NCBI GenBank assembly: GCA_964388035.1
Contig: CAYLZE010000062.1
Coordinates: 1 to 30,389, forward strand
Reading direction: 5' to 3'
DNA from: an uncultured archaeon
GTDB lineage: Archaea > Asgardarchaeota > Lokiarchaeia > Sigyniarchaeales > SOKP01
Length of the DNA stretch: 30,389 bases
The notes under the pieces are model-generated. The model saw only the letters and a program-made list of their open reading frames with translations, ran no database searches and had not been told where the DNA came from. Position 1 is the first letter of the stretch; each line of letters opens with the position of its first letter. Below are positions 18,015-27,201 of the stretch, one piece after another. The position numbers and the translations under genes are program-made.

Positions 18015-18421
18015 CTCGGTAATCCTACCAGCATAGAGCAAAAATTTGCGATAAGATTTATTGAAAGGTGTTAATTTGTTTTAACAATTCATTGTAAGAT
18101 TAAAACAATAATTATAAAAAGAAATAAGAATAATTTAAAGTTTACTTAATCCCGAGGCTCATTAAATATCTTAAATTGTATCGATGAATTTAATTTAGAA
18201 AATTATTAAGCCCTTAATATAAGAATCTTTTAAAAAAGCGATGGTAAAAATCATTCCTTAAAAGGTTTTCTTTTGTGAGAGATGAACTTAAATCTCATGA
18301 AGGATATGATATTATATATAGAAAAATTTGAATATATTTTTCAATTTAAAGATCTTGACAAATATTTAAGTATTAAATAGAACAATAAAGTAGTCACATA
18401 TATTGAGGAAAAGCGAAACTG

Positions 18422-18574
18422 ATGAGTCTAAACATGGACGCTAACCTAAGGGAGCGGAATTTACCATGTCCATTTAACGAAACATGTAAATTACCTAAAA
18501 GTTTGACCTTATGCAATGCGCCTATTTGTAAAATATGTCCTGAGTATCAATTACGTCTAAAGAAAATGAAGTAA
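18422..18574 (+). CDS. Small Cys-rich (putative metal-binding) protein, 50 aa
   Basis: Hand-translated MSLNMDANLRERNLPCPFNETCKLPKSLTLCNAPICKICPEYQLRLKKMK*. Five Cys; GAGGA lies upstream; a hairpin TATCGCA-TTAT-TGCGATA (18580..18597) follows the stop. Confidence 0.65.
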   Translation: MSLNMDANLRERNLPCPFNETCKLPKSLTLCNAPICKICPEYQLRLKKMK

Positions 18575-18693
18575 TGAAGTATCGCATTATTGCGATAACA
18601 AATTCGTGTTATAATCTGACGATATTTCCTTATTTTTAAAACTTTTTTATCAATTTCGGGAACGGATTATGCCTAAACTATTTTTATCATAAT

Positions 18694-19068
18694 TTAGCAA
18701 GTGATATGAAAGATTCCTGTTATTCTTTCACCTGAATTAATTTGTTGATTTGCTTTCTCCAGAATATCGGGAGTTTTAGCCTTGATAATGTTAATTTGTT
18801 GGTTTCGTTTTACATTTTCTAGCCATTGTACAACATTTTCGCTCATGGGCAATTCTCCAGACTGTCCCATCCCAATCAATAAAGTACTTGGGTTTTCTTT
18901 GATGAGATTTTTTAATTCCCATTTTGAGAGAGACCTATGTCCATTGATGCGTTCGGAATGAGATTTGTCTCGCTTTTCAATTTTTCCATTCACGTGAAGA
19001 TAAATGTCGTGGTTATAAGTAATTCCCGAGATGGTTATGGAACCAAATTCAGTTTTTTCAAATTTCAT
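18694..19068 (-). CDS. Mth938-like domain protein (DUF498/DUF598, AAMDC-like)
   Basis: FGSITISGITYNHDI, LLIGMGQSG, KTP and C-terminal GIFHITC motifs. Confidence 0.88.
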   Translation of the reverse strand: MKFEKTEFGSITISGITYNHDIYLHVNGKIEKRDKSHSERINGHRSLSKWELKNLIKENPSTLLIGMGQSGELPMSENVVQWLENVKRNQQINIIKAKTPDILEKANQQINSGERITGIFHITC

Positions 19069-19143
19069 CCTTCTCCACCTCTTTTAAGTTATATAATAAA
19101 ACACGCTAATAAAAAAAATCTATAATCATTAATTATGTTCATG

Positions 19144-20755
19144 TTAATCAAAGGAGGAATCAAGGTAGATTAAACATCCATTCACAGCTTTGACGCTTTG
19201 AATGGAACATTCTTTTTTAAAATAATTCTGAAATTCTTGTTGAATTTTTTCCATAATGAATTGAGCATAAGATCTTTGTACAAGAAGCATCGCACATCCT
19301 CCCAACCCTGCACCAGATAATTGAGCTCCGATTATTCCCCTGTACTTTTTGGAAATATCGATGATAAAATCAATTTCAAGAATGCTACAGCCATACCCTC
19401 CACTAATTTCTGAAAGATCAAAAGAATTGCCATCATTTTCGCTCATAGATATTAAGCTTTTTACATGATCGTCAGATAAATCATTTTCTCTATTCACTTT
19501 TTCCTATGTATTGTTGAAAATAACCCGCTTATCCCCATCATGTGAAATGAACAACAAATTCCCAATTGCCTCATTATTTTCCTTCTTAAGTAATTGAATA
19601 AACTGCTTACTTCTTTCGCATTCAGATATACTGAAAGCCATAACATTTCGGATCGGTAATTCTTTTGGTTTGACTTGAAAGGAGTATTTTGCCTTAAATT
19701 CTTGCCATTCTTTTGGTAAAAGCGTGGGTAGCTCATCATATGATACTTTTTCAGGTATTTCTAATAATAATTTTAAAATCTCAGAATTTTTTATCGATAG
19801 GGTTTCAGAATTGAGATCTCTTAGATGATTTAATTTACTCTGAATAAAAAGGGGTAATTTTTTCTTTAATAAGGCAAGCCCAACCTCATATACTAAAATT
19901 TTTTCATTAAATTAATCCCGCTTTCCCGATGACTTATCGGCCATGACATTGGAATCGACCATTAGAATGTCTACCTCTTCGGGAATAGGTACCATTTCAA
20001 GAACTTCCAAATCAAAGAATTTTACATGAGACACCATGTTATTCCGGCACTTTTTTATAGCAACATGATCCCCGGCACCCCCTCTCGTTCCTAAAAACCA
20101 TTCTGCTTCGGATGAAAGCCTTATAAGCTGCTCCTCACTAAAATTCAACCTGTTCCAAAAGTTCATTGACTCTAAAATTGCCACTGTAATTGCAGAGGAG
20201 CTACCTACCTCAGCGGCGATTGGAATATTTCCTAAAACACAATAATTAGCGCCACATAAAGAATGAGTGGGTTTGAAAGACATCACACGAAAGAGAACAG
20301 CTTTGAAATAATTTTCCCAATGACCATTTGCAGAACAAAATCGTTTCATCTTATCTTGATCTTCAACCATTTCAAACCACTCCTCTAAAATTAAGGCGGG
20401 ATATTTTGAGAAATTTAAATTAATACTTGGAAATTGCTCGCTATTATCATTATGAGCGATGACAGCTTGATCACTTCTAAAAGAGGAAGTCATAAAAATC
20501 TCTCTGTCAATTGCGATTAAATTCACGCACCATCCTCTGTGATCGATGTGCCTTCCCATTAGATTAATTCTTCCGGGGACTTCTTATAAGAATAATATCT
20601 TCTTGTCCAAATTTTTGAACATGGAGATTTAAGATTCTTAAGATATCTTGTCTTTTTTGATCTAACCTTGCATAATTATCGCCATAATCCTTCTGTAAAA
20701 AGGCTTTAGAATTTTTAGAGTTTTGAAAAAATTGTATCCATTGTACCACATTCAT
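19144..20755 (-). pseudogene. galK: Galactokinase-family (GHMP kinase) pseudogene
   Basis: One extra base in the G-run at 20575..20578 breaks SPGRINLMGRHIDH. In-frame stops occur at TAA 19912..19914 and TAG 19504..19506, while the reading frame continues (FNEKI...HLRD...SECERS...SHDGD...YGCS...GAQLSGAGLGG). The GHMP PxxxGLxSSA motif reads PIAAEVGSSSA. Confidence 0.9.
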
Positions 20756-20758
20756 TAT

Positions 20759-20798
20759 AGAAGGAAAAATGTAGAGTCTTTGTTGGTTTTTTCCTTCT
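20759..20798. promoter_or_regulatory. Perfect 11-bp inverted repeat (AGAAGGAAAAA-N18-TTTTTCCTTCT) 3 nt upstream of the galK start
   Basis: Arms at 20759..20769 and 20788..20798, read directly. The function is inferred. Confidence 0.45.
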
Positions 20799-20994
20799 CA
20801 ATTTGAGGAAAATGTATAGGTAAATTTAATTCGTAGTTACACTTGATTTGCACATCGATTTTCTAGCAATGAAAGAGAAGAAGAATCATTTATACGAATG
20901 ATTTGGTTAAAAGTTGCAAAAGCTTTTTTAAGTTCAAAATATAATTTTTTCAAGCACTACAACTCTTAATTTCATTGCCTCTTAGAAGATTTCC

Positions 20995-21648
20995 ATGACG
21001 GTTGAAAAAAATCTAAAAGAATTTATAGAAAAAATAGAAAAAATAGACCATAAATTATTCTTAGAATTATATCGGTATAAATTCTCAGAAAGAACGAGAG
21101 ATTTTGCTAAAATATTTAGCTTTTTCGGAAACTTCTACTTTTGGGGTGCCGTCTGGTTAGTATTAGCAATTACTAGTTATATTACCAAGAATTATGATTT
21201 TTTCTTTTTCTTTACAGGTGGAGCGTTTCAATCTATAGGAATCCAATTTTTGGTACGGTATGTAATTGTGAAAAGAAACCGTCCTTATATAAAGCTCCAA
21301 AAAGAAGGTGTGGAAGGAAAAGACGAATATCTCAAGATTCCAATTTTAATGTCTCAATCGGAGAAGAGATCTTTTCCAAGCGGGCATGTTACCTTTTTCT
21401 TTTTCTTCGGTATTCTTATTTCGTATTACATAGCGAGTTGGGAATTATTATTGCTTTTTATTTTGTTAGATGCTATCATGGCATTCACGCGATTAGTATT
21501 AGCGGTCCATTTTCCGACAGACGTGTTATTTGGTTTCTTTTTCGCAGCTCTCTACGCTTTATTATATATTGGACTAACAGATTACTATTGGATAATGTTT
21601 TTTAACTGGATGAAAGCAGCTCTCTACGCTTTATTATATATTTTATAG
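20995..21648 (+). CDS. PAP2-family membrane phosphatase
   Basis: KRNRP, SFPSGH and TRLVLAVHFPTDV motifs (C1/C2/C3). Confidence 0.93.
   Translation: MTVEKNLKEFIEKIEKIDHKLFLELYRYKFSERTRDFAKIFSFFGNFYFWGAVWLVLAITSYITKNYDFFFFFTGGAFQSIGIQFLVRYVIVKRNRPYIKLQKEGVEGKDEYLKIPILMSQSEKRSFPSGHVTFFFFFGILISYYIASWELLLLFILLDAIMAFTRLVLAVHFPTDVLFGFFFAALYALLYIGLTDYYWIMFFNWMKAALYALLYIL
21544..21642. repeat. 27-bp exact direct repeat GCAGCTCTCTACGCTTTATTATATATT (21544..21570 and 21616..21642)
   Basis: Read directly. The 72-nt in-frame offset encodes AALYALLYI twice. Confidence 0.95.
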
Positions 21649-21787
21649 TTACAAGAAGCATGTTATGATAATTTACTTTTTGGAAATAAAGGAGTAAATA
21701 GATTCAATGTGATGAAAAAAGTAGAAATGCCTCCTATAAAATAAGAGGAACTTAAGAATTCATGATCTGAATTAATCAAATTCAATA

Positions 21788-22219
21788 TTACATTACAAGC
21801 ACGGGAATTTTTGACGAGTTAATGACTCGAGTTGCCACGTGTCCTATTAATTTAACATCATCTTTTGATTTTAACGTCATGATGATAAGGTCATATTCTT
21901 CGGATTTGTCTATGATTTGATCGCTAGGATCTCCCCTCAGAACAATTGTGTTTAGTAAGCTTTCATCGAAATTTTCATCTTTGGCATTGTCCGTAGCTTT
22001 TTTCAAATAGATTTCAGCTTGTTCTTCATAAAATTCATTAATCGATTTAATATCTACATTTTTATAATTAGCAAGATGCCTTAGAATCTCGTCATTAATT
22101 ACATGACAAATTGTTAAGCTACACTCTTTAAAATTCTTTGCAAACTTGAAGGCATATTTGACTGCCTTATAACTTCTATTACTCCCATCAATGGGTATAA
22201 GAATTTTTTTAATTTGCAT
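21788..22219 (-). CDS. Universal stress protein (UspA family)
   Basis: KKILIPIDGS, CHV, GDPSDQI, DLIIM and IGHVATRVINSSKIPVLV motifs. Confidence 0.93.
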   Translation of the reverse strand: MQIKKILIPIDGSNRSYKAVKYAFKFAKNFKECSLTICHVINDEILRHLANYKNVDIKSINEFYEEQAEIYLKKATDNAKDENFDESLLNTIVLRGDPSDQIIDKSEEYDLIIMTLKSKDDVKLIGHVATRVINSSKIPVLVM

Positions 22220-22302
22220 GAAATCACTAAATTAAAATCTTCAAGATAATTAGAAATTTGATATCCTTTTAAATGCATCGTGATATTTTCTATAAATTGA
22301 TC

Positions 22303-23598
22303 TCAAGAAATTGACTCGGTTACCATTATCTTTTGAGATTCATAACCTTCTTGTATATAAGGTTTTACAATAATTACCGCTAATATATAAAAGGGAATTA
22401 GAAATAATTCTACAACAATTGAAATCATGAAAGGAGCCTTCATTCCGATGTTATCCCAGGCCATCCCCCCTAAAATAGGCCCGGTGATATTGCCCAAATT
22501 CATGAAAGTGGAATGAATGCCGATGATTTTACCCCTGTTTTTAATCGTGATTCTGCTTAAGAAATTTTGTATGATTAGATTAGTAGTACTTGAAATAGTA
22601 ACATCAATTACTAATAAAAGAGAAAATAGCCATATACTCGAACTATTGATTAAAAACCAAGTAGTAAGGGCTCCTAATACACTTGCACAGCTAATCCCCA
22701 GAGCAGGATGGATTTTATCTACCATTTTACCTAATTTGGGAGCAAGCAACATGGACACGATCCCACTAGGAATAAATGCTAATACTGCAATTTGAGGTAC
22801 ATTAGTTATTGTTTCTAATAAATACACGTTAAGAAATGGTTTAGCTAATGAGTTATTAATGTAACTGAGCAATAAAGCAATTATCAAAAATAGAAATCCA
22901 ATTAGAAAAATAGTAGGGTTCTTTTCTTCTTTTTCATCATAATGATTATTTTCTTGTTCATCAATCATGACTGATGAAATCTTTTTTGATTCATCCACTC
23001 GAGATATATAGTGAAATCCTGCAATGATGTTTGAGATTCCAAAGAAAATCAAAGCACAATAGATAAGATAAGCATTCTCGGGATAAAATATTGTACCCAT
23101 GATAAAAATAGTAAATCCCACCATGCTCCCTATAAAAGTTCCAACCCCCACTGAAAAATCCTTTCTGCCAAAGGCTTCTGATCGGTTATTTTTATGTGAT
23201 TTTTCCGCAATTAAGGTATTAAATGGAATCCAAAAAAAGCCCGCGAAAAATCCTAAAGTGAAAGTACTTATATTTAGGAGAAAAAGAGATTTAAAAACCA
23301 TCGCAGAATAGATCATAAAATATGATAAACCCCTTCCAATCGAGCCTACTAATAGAAGTTTTTTTTTAGCATTTACTCGATCCGTAATAAATCCCGTAAA
23401 AGTAGACGAAATGAAATATCCCATGACGAGAAAAGAAGATACCAATCCGATTTGAAGACCAGTTGCGTTTAACTGTTGACTCGTGAAATAAGGTAATAAA
23501 AAATCTAAAAAAAAAAATCCCAAACTATTAAAAATAACCAAAGTCACCATGGAATGGAAATCTTCTGAAAATTTTTTAGAATTTTTACTTTCGGGCAT
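22303..23598 (-). CDS. MFS transporter
   Basis: About 12 TM helices, motif-A-like GFITDRVNAKK and GKMVDKI, and RGKIIG...GPILGG. Confidence 0.93.
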   Translation of the reverse strand: MPESKNSKKFSEDFHSMVTLVIFNSLGFFFLDFLLPYFTSQQLNATGLQIGLVSSFLVMGYFISSTFTGFITDRVNAKKKLLLVGSIGRGLSYFMIYSAMVFKSLFLLNISTFTLGFFAGFFWIPFNTLIAEKSHKNNRSEAFGRKDFSVGVGTFIGSMVGFTIFIMGTIFYPENAYLIYCALIFFGISNIIAGFHYISRVDESKKISSVMIDEQENNHYDEKEEKNPTIFLIGFLFLIIALLLSYINNSLAKPFLNVYLLETITNVPQIAVLAFIPSGIVSMLLAPKLGKMVDKIHPALGISCASVLGALTTWFLINSSSIWLFSLLLVIDVTISSTTNLIIQNFLSRITIKNRGKIIGIHSTFMNLGNITGPILGGMAWDNIGMKAPFMISIVVELFLIPFYILAVIIVKPYIQEGYESQKIMVTESIS

Positions 23599-23768
23599 GT
23601 ATGATCTTGAAAGATTATTTAAACATAAATTAGTAGAATTGAAAACAATATAACTGCAAAAAAATTTCTTGATTTAAATCTCAGAAAAGTACATATAAAA
23701 AATATGCATTTAATTTCATGTTTTTCTTTTATTAATTATCTAATTCATGGAAAAGAGAGAACATTAAA

Positions 23769-24500
23769 ATGGATAACACGAATAATGACCCTGTTGAGGG
23801 AAAAGATACCGCTCTAAATTCTAATCCTACCTGCTATGATTGCAATAGTCTAAATTTTTGTGCCGTGGGACGTGCCAGTAAAATTTTAGATAATTGCCCA
23901 ATGAAATTACACGCCTCTATTCTTAAAAAAGCCCGAGAGATTTATGAAACAAGAGAGGATATCAAAAAATTGACGAAAGTAGCTTCTATCGTGGAAGCGA
24001 AGGGATATATAAATTGGCCCCGGTTAAAAGACACTGTCGAATTTGCAAGAGGAATGGGATATACTAAATTAGGATTAGCTTTTTGTGTAGGATTATTAGA
24101 AGAAGCCAAAAAGGTGGCTGAAATTTTACAAAAGTATGAGTTTGAAGTATGCGGGGTATGCTGTAAGACAGGTTCGCTCAAAAAAAAGGATGTCGATGTT
24201 CCGGAAGAATATACAATGATTTCAAAAACCGGATACCCTATCGGATGGATTACGTGTAATCCTGCCGCTCAAGCATTATTGCTTAATAAAGCTAAAACAG
24301 ATTTAAATATCATTATCGGATTATGTGTGGGGCATGATATTACTTTTACAAAGTTATGTGAAGCTCCCGTGACCACTTTAATTGCAAAAGATCGATCTAC
24401 GATTCATAATCCCGCAGCAGTATTATTTTCCAGCTATGGCCAGGGTTTTTTTGCTAAAGATTTTAAAGAAATGAAGACTAAAAAAAAGAATGAGAATTAA
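23769..24500 (+). CDS. DUF1847-family putative metal-binding protein
   Basis: N-terminal CxxC...C...CP, then EAKGY, PRL, GLAFCVGL, CCK, CNPAAQA, GLCVGHD and LIAKDR...HNP. Confidence 0.88.
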   Translation: MDNTNNDPVEGKDTALNSNPTCYDCNSLNFCAVGRASKILDNCPMKLHASILKKAREIYETREDIKKLTKVASIVEAKGYINWPRLKDTVEFARGMGYTKLGLAFCVGLLEEAKKVAEILQKYEFEVCGVCCKTGSLKKKDVDVPEEYTMISKTGYPIGWITCNPAAQALLLNKAKTDLNIIIGLCVGHDITFTKLCEAPVTTLIAKDRSTIHNPAAVLFSSYGQGFFAKDFKEMKTKKKNEN

Positions 24501-24591
24501 TATTAATTGAATTATTTAAAAACAATAAATTCAAGAATATTTTCCCTTTTTGAAGGATGAGGTACATTTTTTTCAAGAAAGAGGAAAAATA

Positions 24592-25164
24592 TTACAACCA
24601 TTCTGCAAATTGCTCAATCAATTTTCTGGTTCTCGGTTGCTCCTTCATTTTTTCTTTTTGCACATCGATAACTCCTATTGCTATGACTCCCATCAATTCA
24701 AATTTAGTGGGATCTAATTTGAATAATTTGTTGACCTCTTCTTTATTCTTCAAAATCTCTCCAATCCATACACCCCCCAGACCCAATGCATGTATCCCAA
24801 GAAGGATATTCTCCATGAAAGCTCCTATTGCTTGAATATCTTTGACGCGATCATAACTGGCTTGGAGATCGAGGAAAATAACCAAGGAAATATAAGAACT
24901 CTCGATAATCCCCCCATCGGTCGTGAGGTTTGCTAACAATTGCTTAACCGTAGGATATTTTATGACTTTTACATTCCATGGTTGATTATTCGTTCCAGAA
25001 GGGGCCCATCTACCACATTCCAAAACTTCTCTGATGATATCATCCTTAATAGTCTCAAATATAAAATTCCGGACGCTTTTACGAGACTTTATAAACGTGA
25101 GAAAATCTTCCTTTTTAACATTTTCAGGTTTTATGAAATTTTCTGTCATTTTTTCTATTACCAT
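24592..25164 (-). CDS. Nitroreductase-family protein
   Basis: SRKSVRNF, WAPSGTNNQPW and ENILLGIHALGLGGVWIG motifs. Confidence 0.93.
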   Translation of the reverse strand: MVIEKMTENFIKPENVKKEDFLTFIKSRKSVRNFIFETIKDDIIREVLECGRWAPSGTNNQPWNVKVIKYPTVKQLLANLTTDGGIIESSYISLVIFLDLQASYDRVKDIQAIGAFMENILLGIHALGLGGVWIGEILKNKEEVNKLFKLDPTKFELMGVIAIGVIDVQKEKMKEQPRTRKLIEQFAEWL

Positions 25165-25422
25165 TTTGAATTTCTCTATTTTAAATTAGAGGTTTTAACA
25201 TATTTAAATTCTACTGATCTTAAAATGCATTTAGGAAAAAAACAGAAGTTTTTTGATAGATTTTTACTTAAAAAATCGATCTTTAATGTATCGAATGATG
25301 GAATCAAGTCGAATTATCGTTAAATTTCCTCTTTTTTGAATTAAAACTCGAGAAGATTTTTCAAATTTTAAAAAAGAAAAAAGAGATTAAAAGAAAATAA
25401 AAAAAGTTAAGAGTTGAGTAGT

Positions 25423-25944
25423 TTATTCTTTAATATCTTTTGCGTCATCTTCGATGGGATCATAATACTCAATGTCATTTAATCCGCCAGTAGTCTCTTC
25501 TCTCCAATGAGCTTTAATGGGCATTCCAATATAGGTATCCTTAACATCAATTTTAGGATTCATTTCTGCTATATTCACGGTATCGGTTCCATCATGACGA
25601 ACTAATACCATCGGAGCTTCTCTCACTCCCCCCGTGTCGGGATCCTTCAAAAATGCAATAGCATAGGTGGCTACGCTTGCAGTATCTCGTATGTCCACCC
25701 ATCTATCCGGCTTTACCAGGCATTGACCGCAGACTAATCTGGGGGGATAAAATACACGATTACACCCGCTACACTGATTGGCAATTAATTTCTTTTCCTT
25801 TAACTTTTGTTGAAACGGTTTCATGTGAGTAATATTAAACTTGTATTTATAAGAATTCAAATACCACGAAGCTGGCATGGTGCGAGTTCTCACATAATCC
25901 TTCTTAATATAATCTAATGACTTTCTTTGGGTCATTTTTGACAT
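25423..25944 (-). CDS. DUF35 (Zn-ribbon + OB-fold) protein, second in operon
   Basis: CSGC...YPPRLVCGQC, then OB-fold 'YIGMPIKAHW'. Start moved to ATG 25944 because GGAGGTG (SD-like) overlaps the upstream thiolase stop. Confidence 0.9.
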   Translation of the reverse strand: MSKMTQRKSLDYIKKDYVRTRTMPASWYLNSYKYKFNITHMKPFQQKLKEKKLIANQCSGCNRVFYPPRLVCGQCLVKPDRWVDIRDTASVATYAIAFLKDPDTGGVREAPMVLVRHDGTDTVNIAEMNPKIDVKDTYIGMPIKAHWREETTGGLNDIEYYDPIEDDAKDIKE

Positions 25945-25949
25945 TAGTT

Positions 25950-27197
25950 TCACCTCCATTTCCTCTTGGGTTCATCTGCCATGACAAGCATGGTACAGAG
26001 GTTAAGGGAACCACCCCAGCCGTGTCCTATAGAAGTATGCACGGTCTTTGGGACTTGATTGCTGGCTTTTCCCATGATTTGGAGTGCTGCTTCCGCGGGT
26101 CGTTCCATGGCGGATGCTCCTATTGCGTTGGTGGAATTAACTCCGCCCGAACAATTTATGGGTAATTCACCTTCTCTTGCCGTGACTCCCGTTTCATACA
26201 TTTGGGGAGCAGTGGTCTCTTCAAATAATCCTAATTTCTCAACCCACATCAATTCTTGATTTGGGAACGGTGAATATACTTCTGCATAATCAATTTCCTT
26301 TCGTGGAAAAGAAATTCCTGCTTGGCTATATGCTAATTCAGAGGATCTCATAGCGCCTAATTGAGCCGAAGGGTCTACCTGTCCTGAGCCACTGCCGTCA
26401 TAACCTAATACGGCACTTTCATTCGCCACACTAGCCACCCCATTCACGTAAACAGGAATATCACACATGTCCTTTGCCTTTTCTTCGGTAGTAAATAACA
26501 TTGCACATGCTCCATCCGAGGCGGGACATACCATACCGTACCTAAGCGGATATTGAACATACGGAGTATCCAATACATCTGCTATGGTCAAATCCGGCAT
26601 CTTCAAGTGAGCCCACCAGGTTTTTGCTGCATTTCTTCTATTTTGAACTACAACTCGGGCAAGATCTTCTTCGGTAATACGGCATTTACTCATGTAATTA
26701 GTAGCTTGATAAGCCGCGACTCCAATAGCCGCACCAGCTGATAATAAACGAGTAATTTGTTCGTAAGGAATTCCTAAAGTATTTAATATTGATATTTCAC
26801 CATAAGCCACGCTTGCTAAACCCACGCTCGTATCACCTTGGGATTGCTGTTCAAACGCAATAGCTAATACGGTATCTACTCCCGGAATTCCCGCAGTAAC
26901 GGAATAATACCCTGATATGGCAACCGTTCCGCCCGTGGTACCACCCGTTGTTACTCGCAATAATGGCTTGTTTCTAGCTCCCATCCAATCGGTCATCCAT
27001 AATTCGGGAATATTTGCTCCCTCAAAGGCAGGCATGTTTCCGTTCACAAAAGCATCAATATTTTCCATCCCAACACTCGGGACGTTCTTAAGACAGTCTT
27101 CTACTGCTTCACTTATTAATTCCGGCATGCTCACATCAGACCGTTTTGAAGCATGCTCGCTAAATCCAGCAGAAACTATCGCAACTTGTCTTCCCAT
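25950..27197 (-). CDS. SCP2-type thiolase-fold protein, Ltp3-like (probable aldolase subunit)
   Basis: KRSDVSM, FEG..PELW, KPLLRVTTGGTTGG (no catalytic Cys), FEQQS, CPASDGACA, AEVYSPF, SGGVNSTNAIGAS (Asn in place of the GHP His) and GHGWGG closely parallel the Mycobacterium Ltp3 motifs as I recall them. ATG 27197 is preceded by GGAGG. Confidence 0.85.
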   Translation of the reverse strand: MGRQVAIVSAGFSEHASKRSDVSMPELISEAVEDCLKNVPSVGMENIDAFVNGNMPAFEGANIPELWMTDWMGARNKPLLRVTTGGTTGGTVAISGYYSVTAGIPGVDTVLAIAFEQQSQGDTSVGLASVAYGEISILNTLGIPYEQITRLLSAGAAIGVAAYQATNYMSKCRITEEDLARVVVQNRRNAAKTWWAHLKMPDLTIADVLDTPYVQYPLRYGMVCPASDGACAMLFTTEEKAKDMCDIPVYVNGVASVANESAVLGYDGSGSGQVDPSAQLGAMRSSELAYSQAGISFPRKEIDYAEVYSPFPNQELMWVEKLGLFEETTAPQMYETGVTAREGELPINCSGGVNSTNAIGASAMERPAEAALQIMGKASNQVPKTVHTSIGHGWGGSLNLCTMLVMADEPKRKWR

Positions 27198-27201
27198 ATT
27201 A

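Larger units (their letters stand above)
17897..18029 (-). tRNA. tRNA-Leu(TAA), intron-containing (two predicted D-arm introns)
   Basis: Acceptor stem GGTAGGA/TCCTACC plus discriminator A. Anticodon arm CTGGA-CTTAAGA-TCCAG (anticodon at 17943..17945). Long variable arm TGGCAAAGGCCTTC. T arm GGGGG-TTCAAAT-CCCCT. Removing 48 nt from the D arm gives an 85-nt tRNA with the canonical Leu D arm ACCGAGCCTGGTCAAAGGTG. Confidence 0.95.

Noticed and set aside
17897-18029. Single 48-nt intron model, tRNA pseudogene, or integration site
   Set aside because: A single excision does not restore the canonical Leu D-loop with a plausible BHB. All other arms are intact, and no duplicated tRNA 3' end or integrase is present in the window.
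19494-19739. 81-aa ORF and the other galK fragments as separate genes, or stop-codon recoding
   Set aside because: 19494..19739 is an off-frame overlap. The in-frame pieces join into one GHMP kinase, and mixed TAA/TAG/frameshift lesions do not fit recoding.
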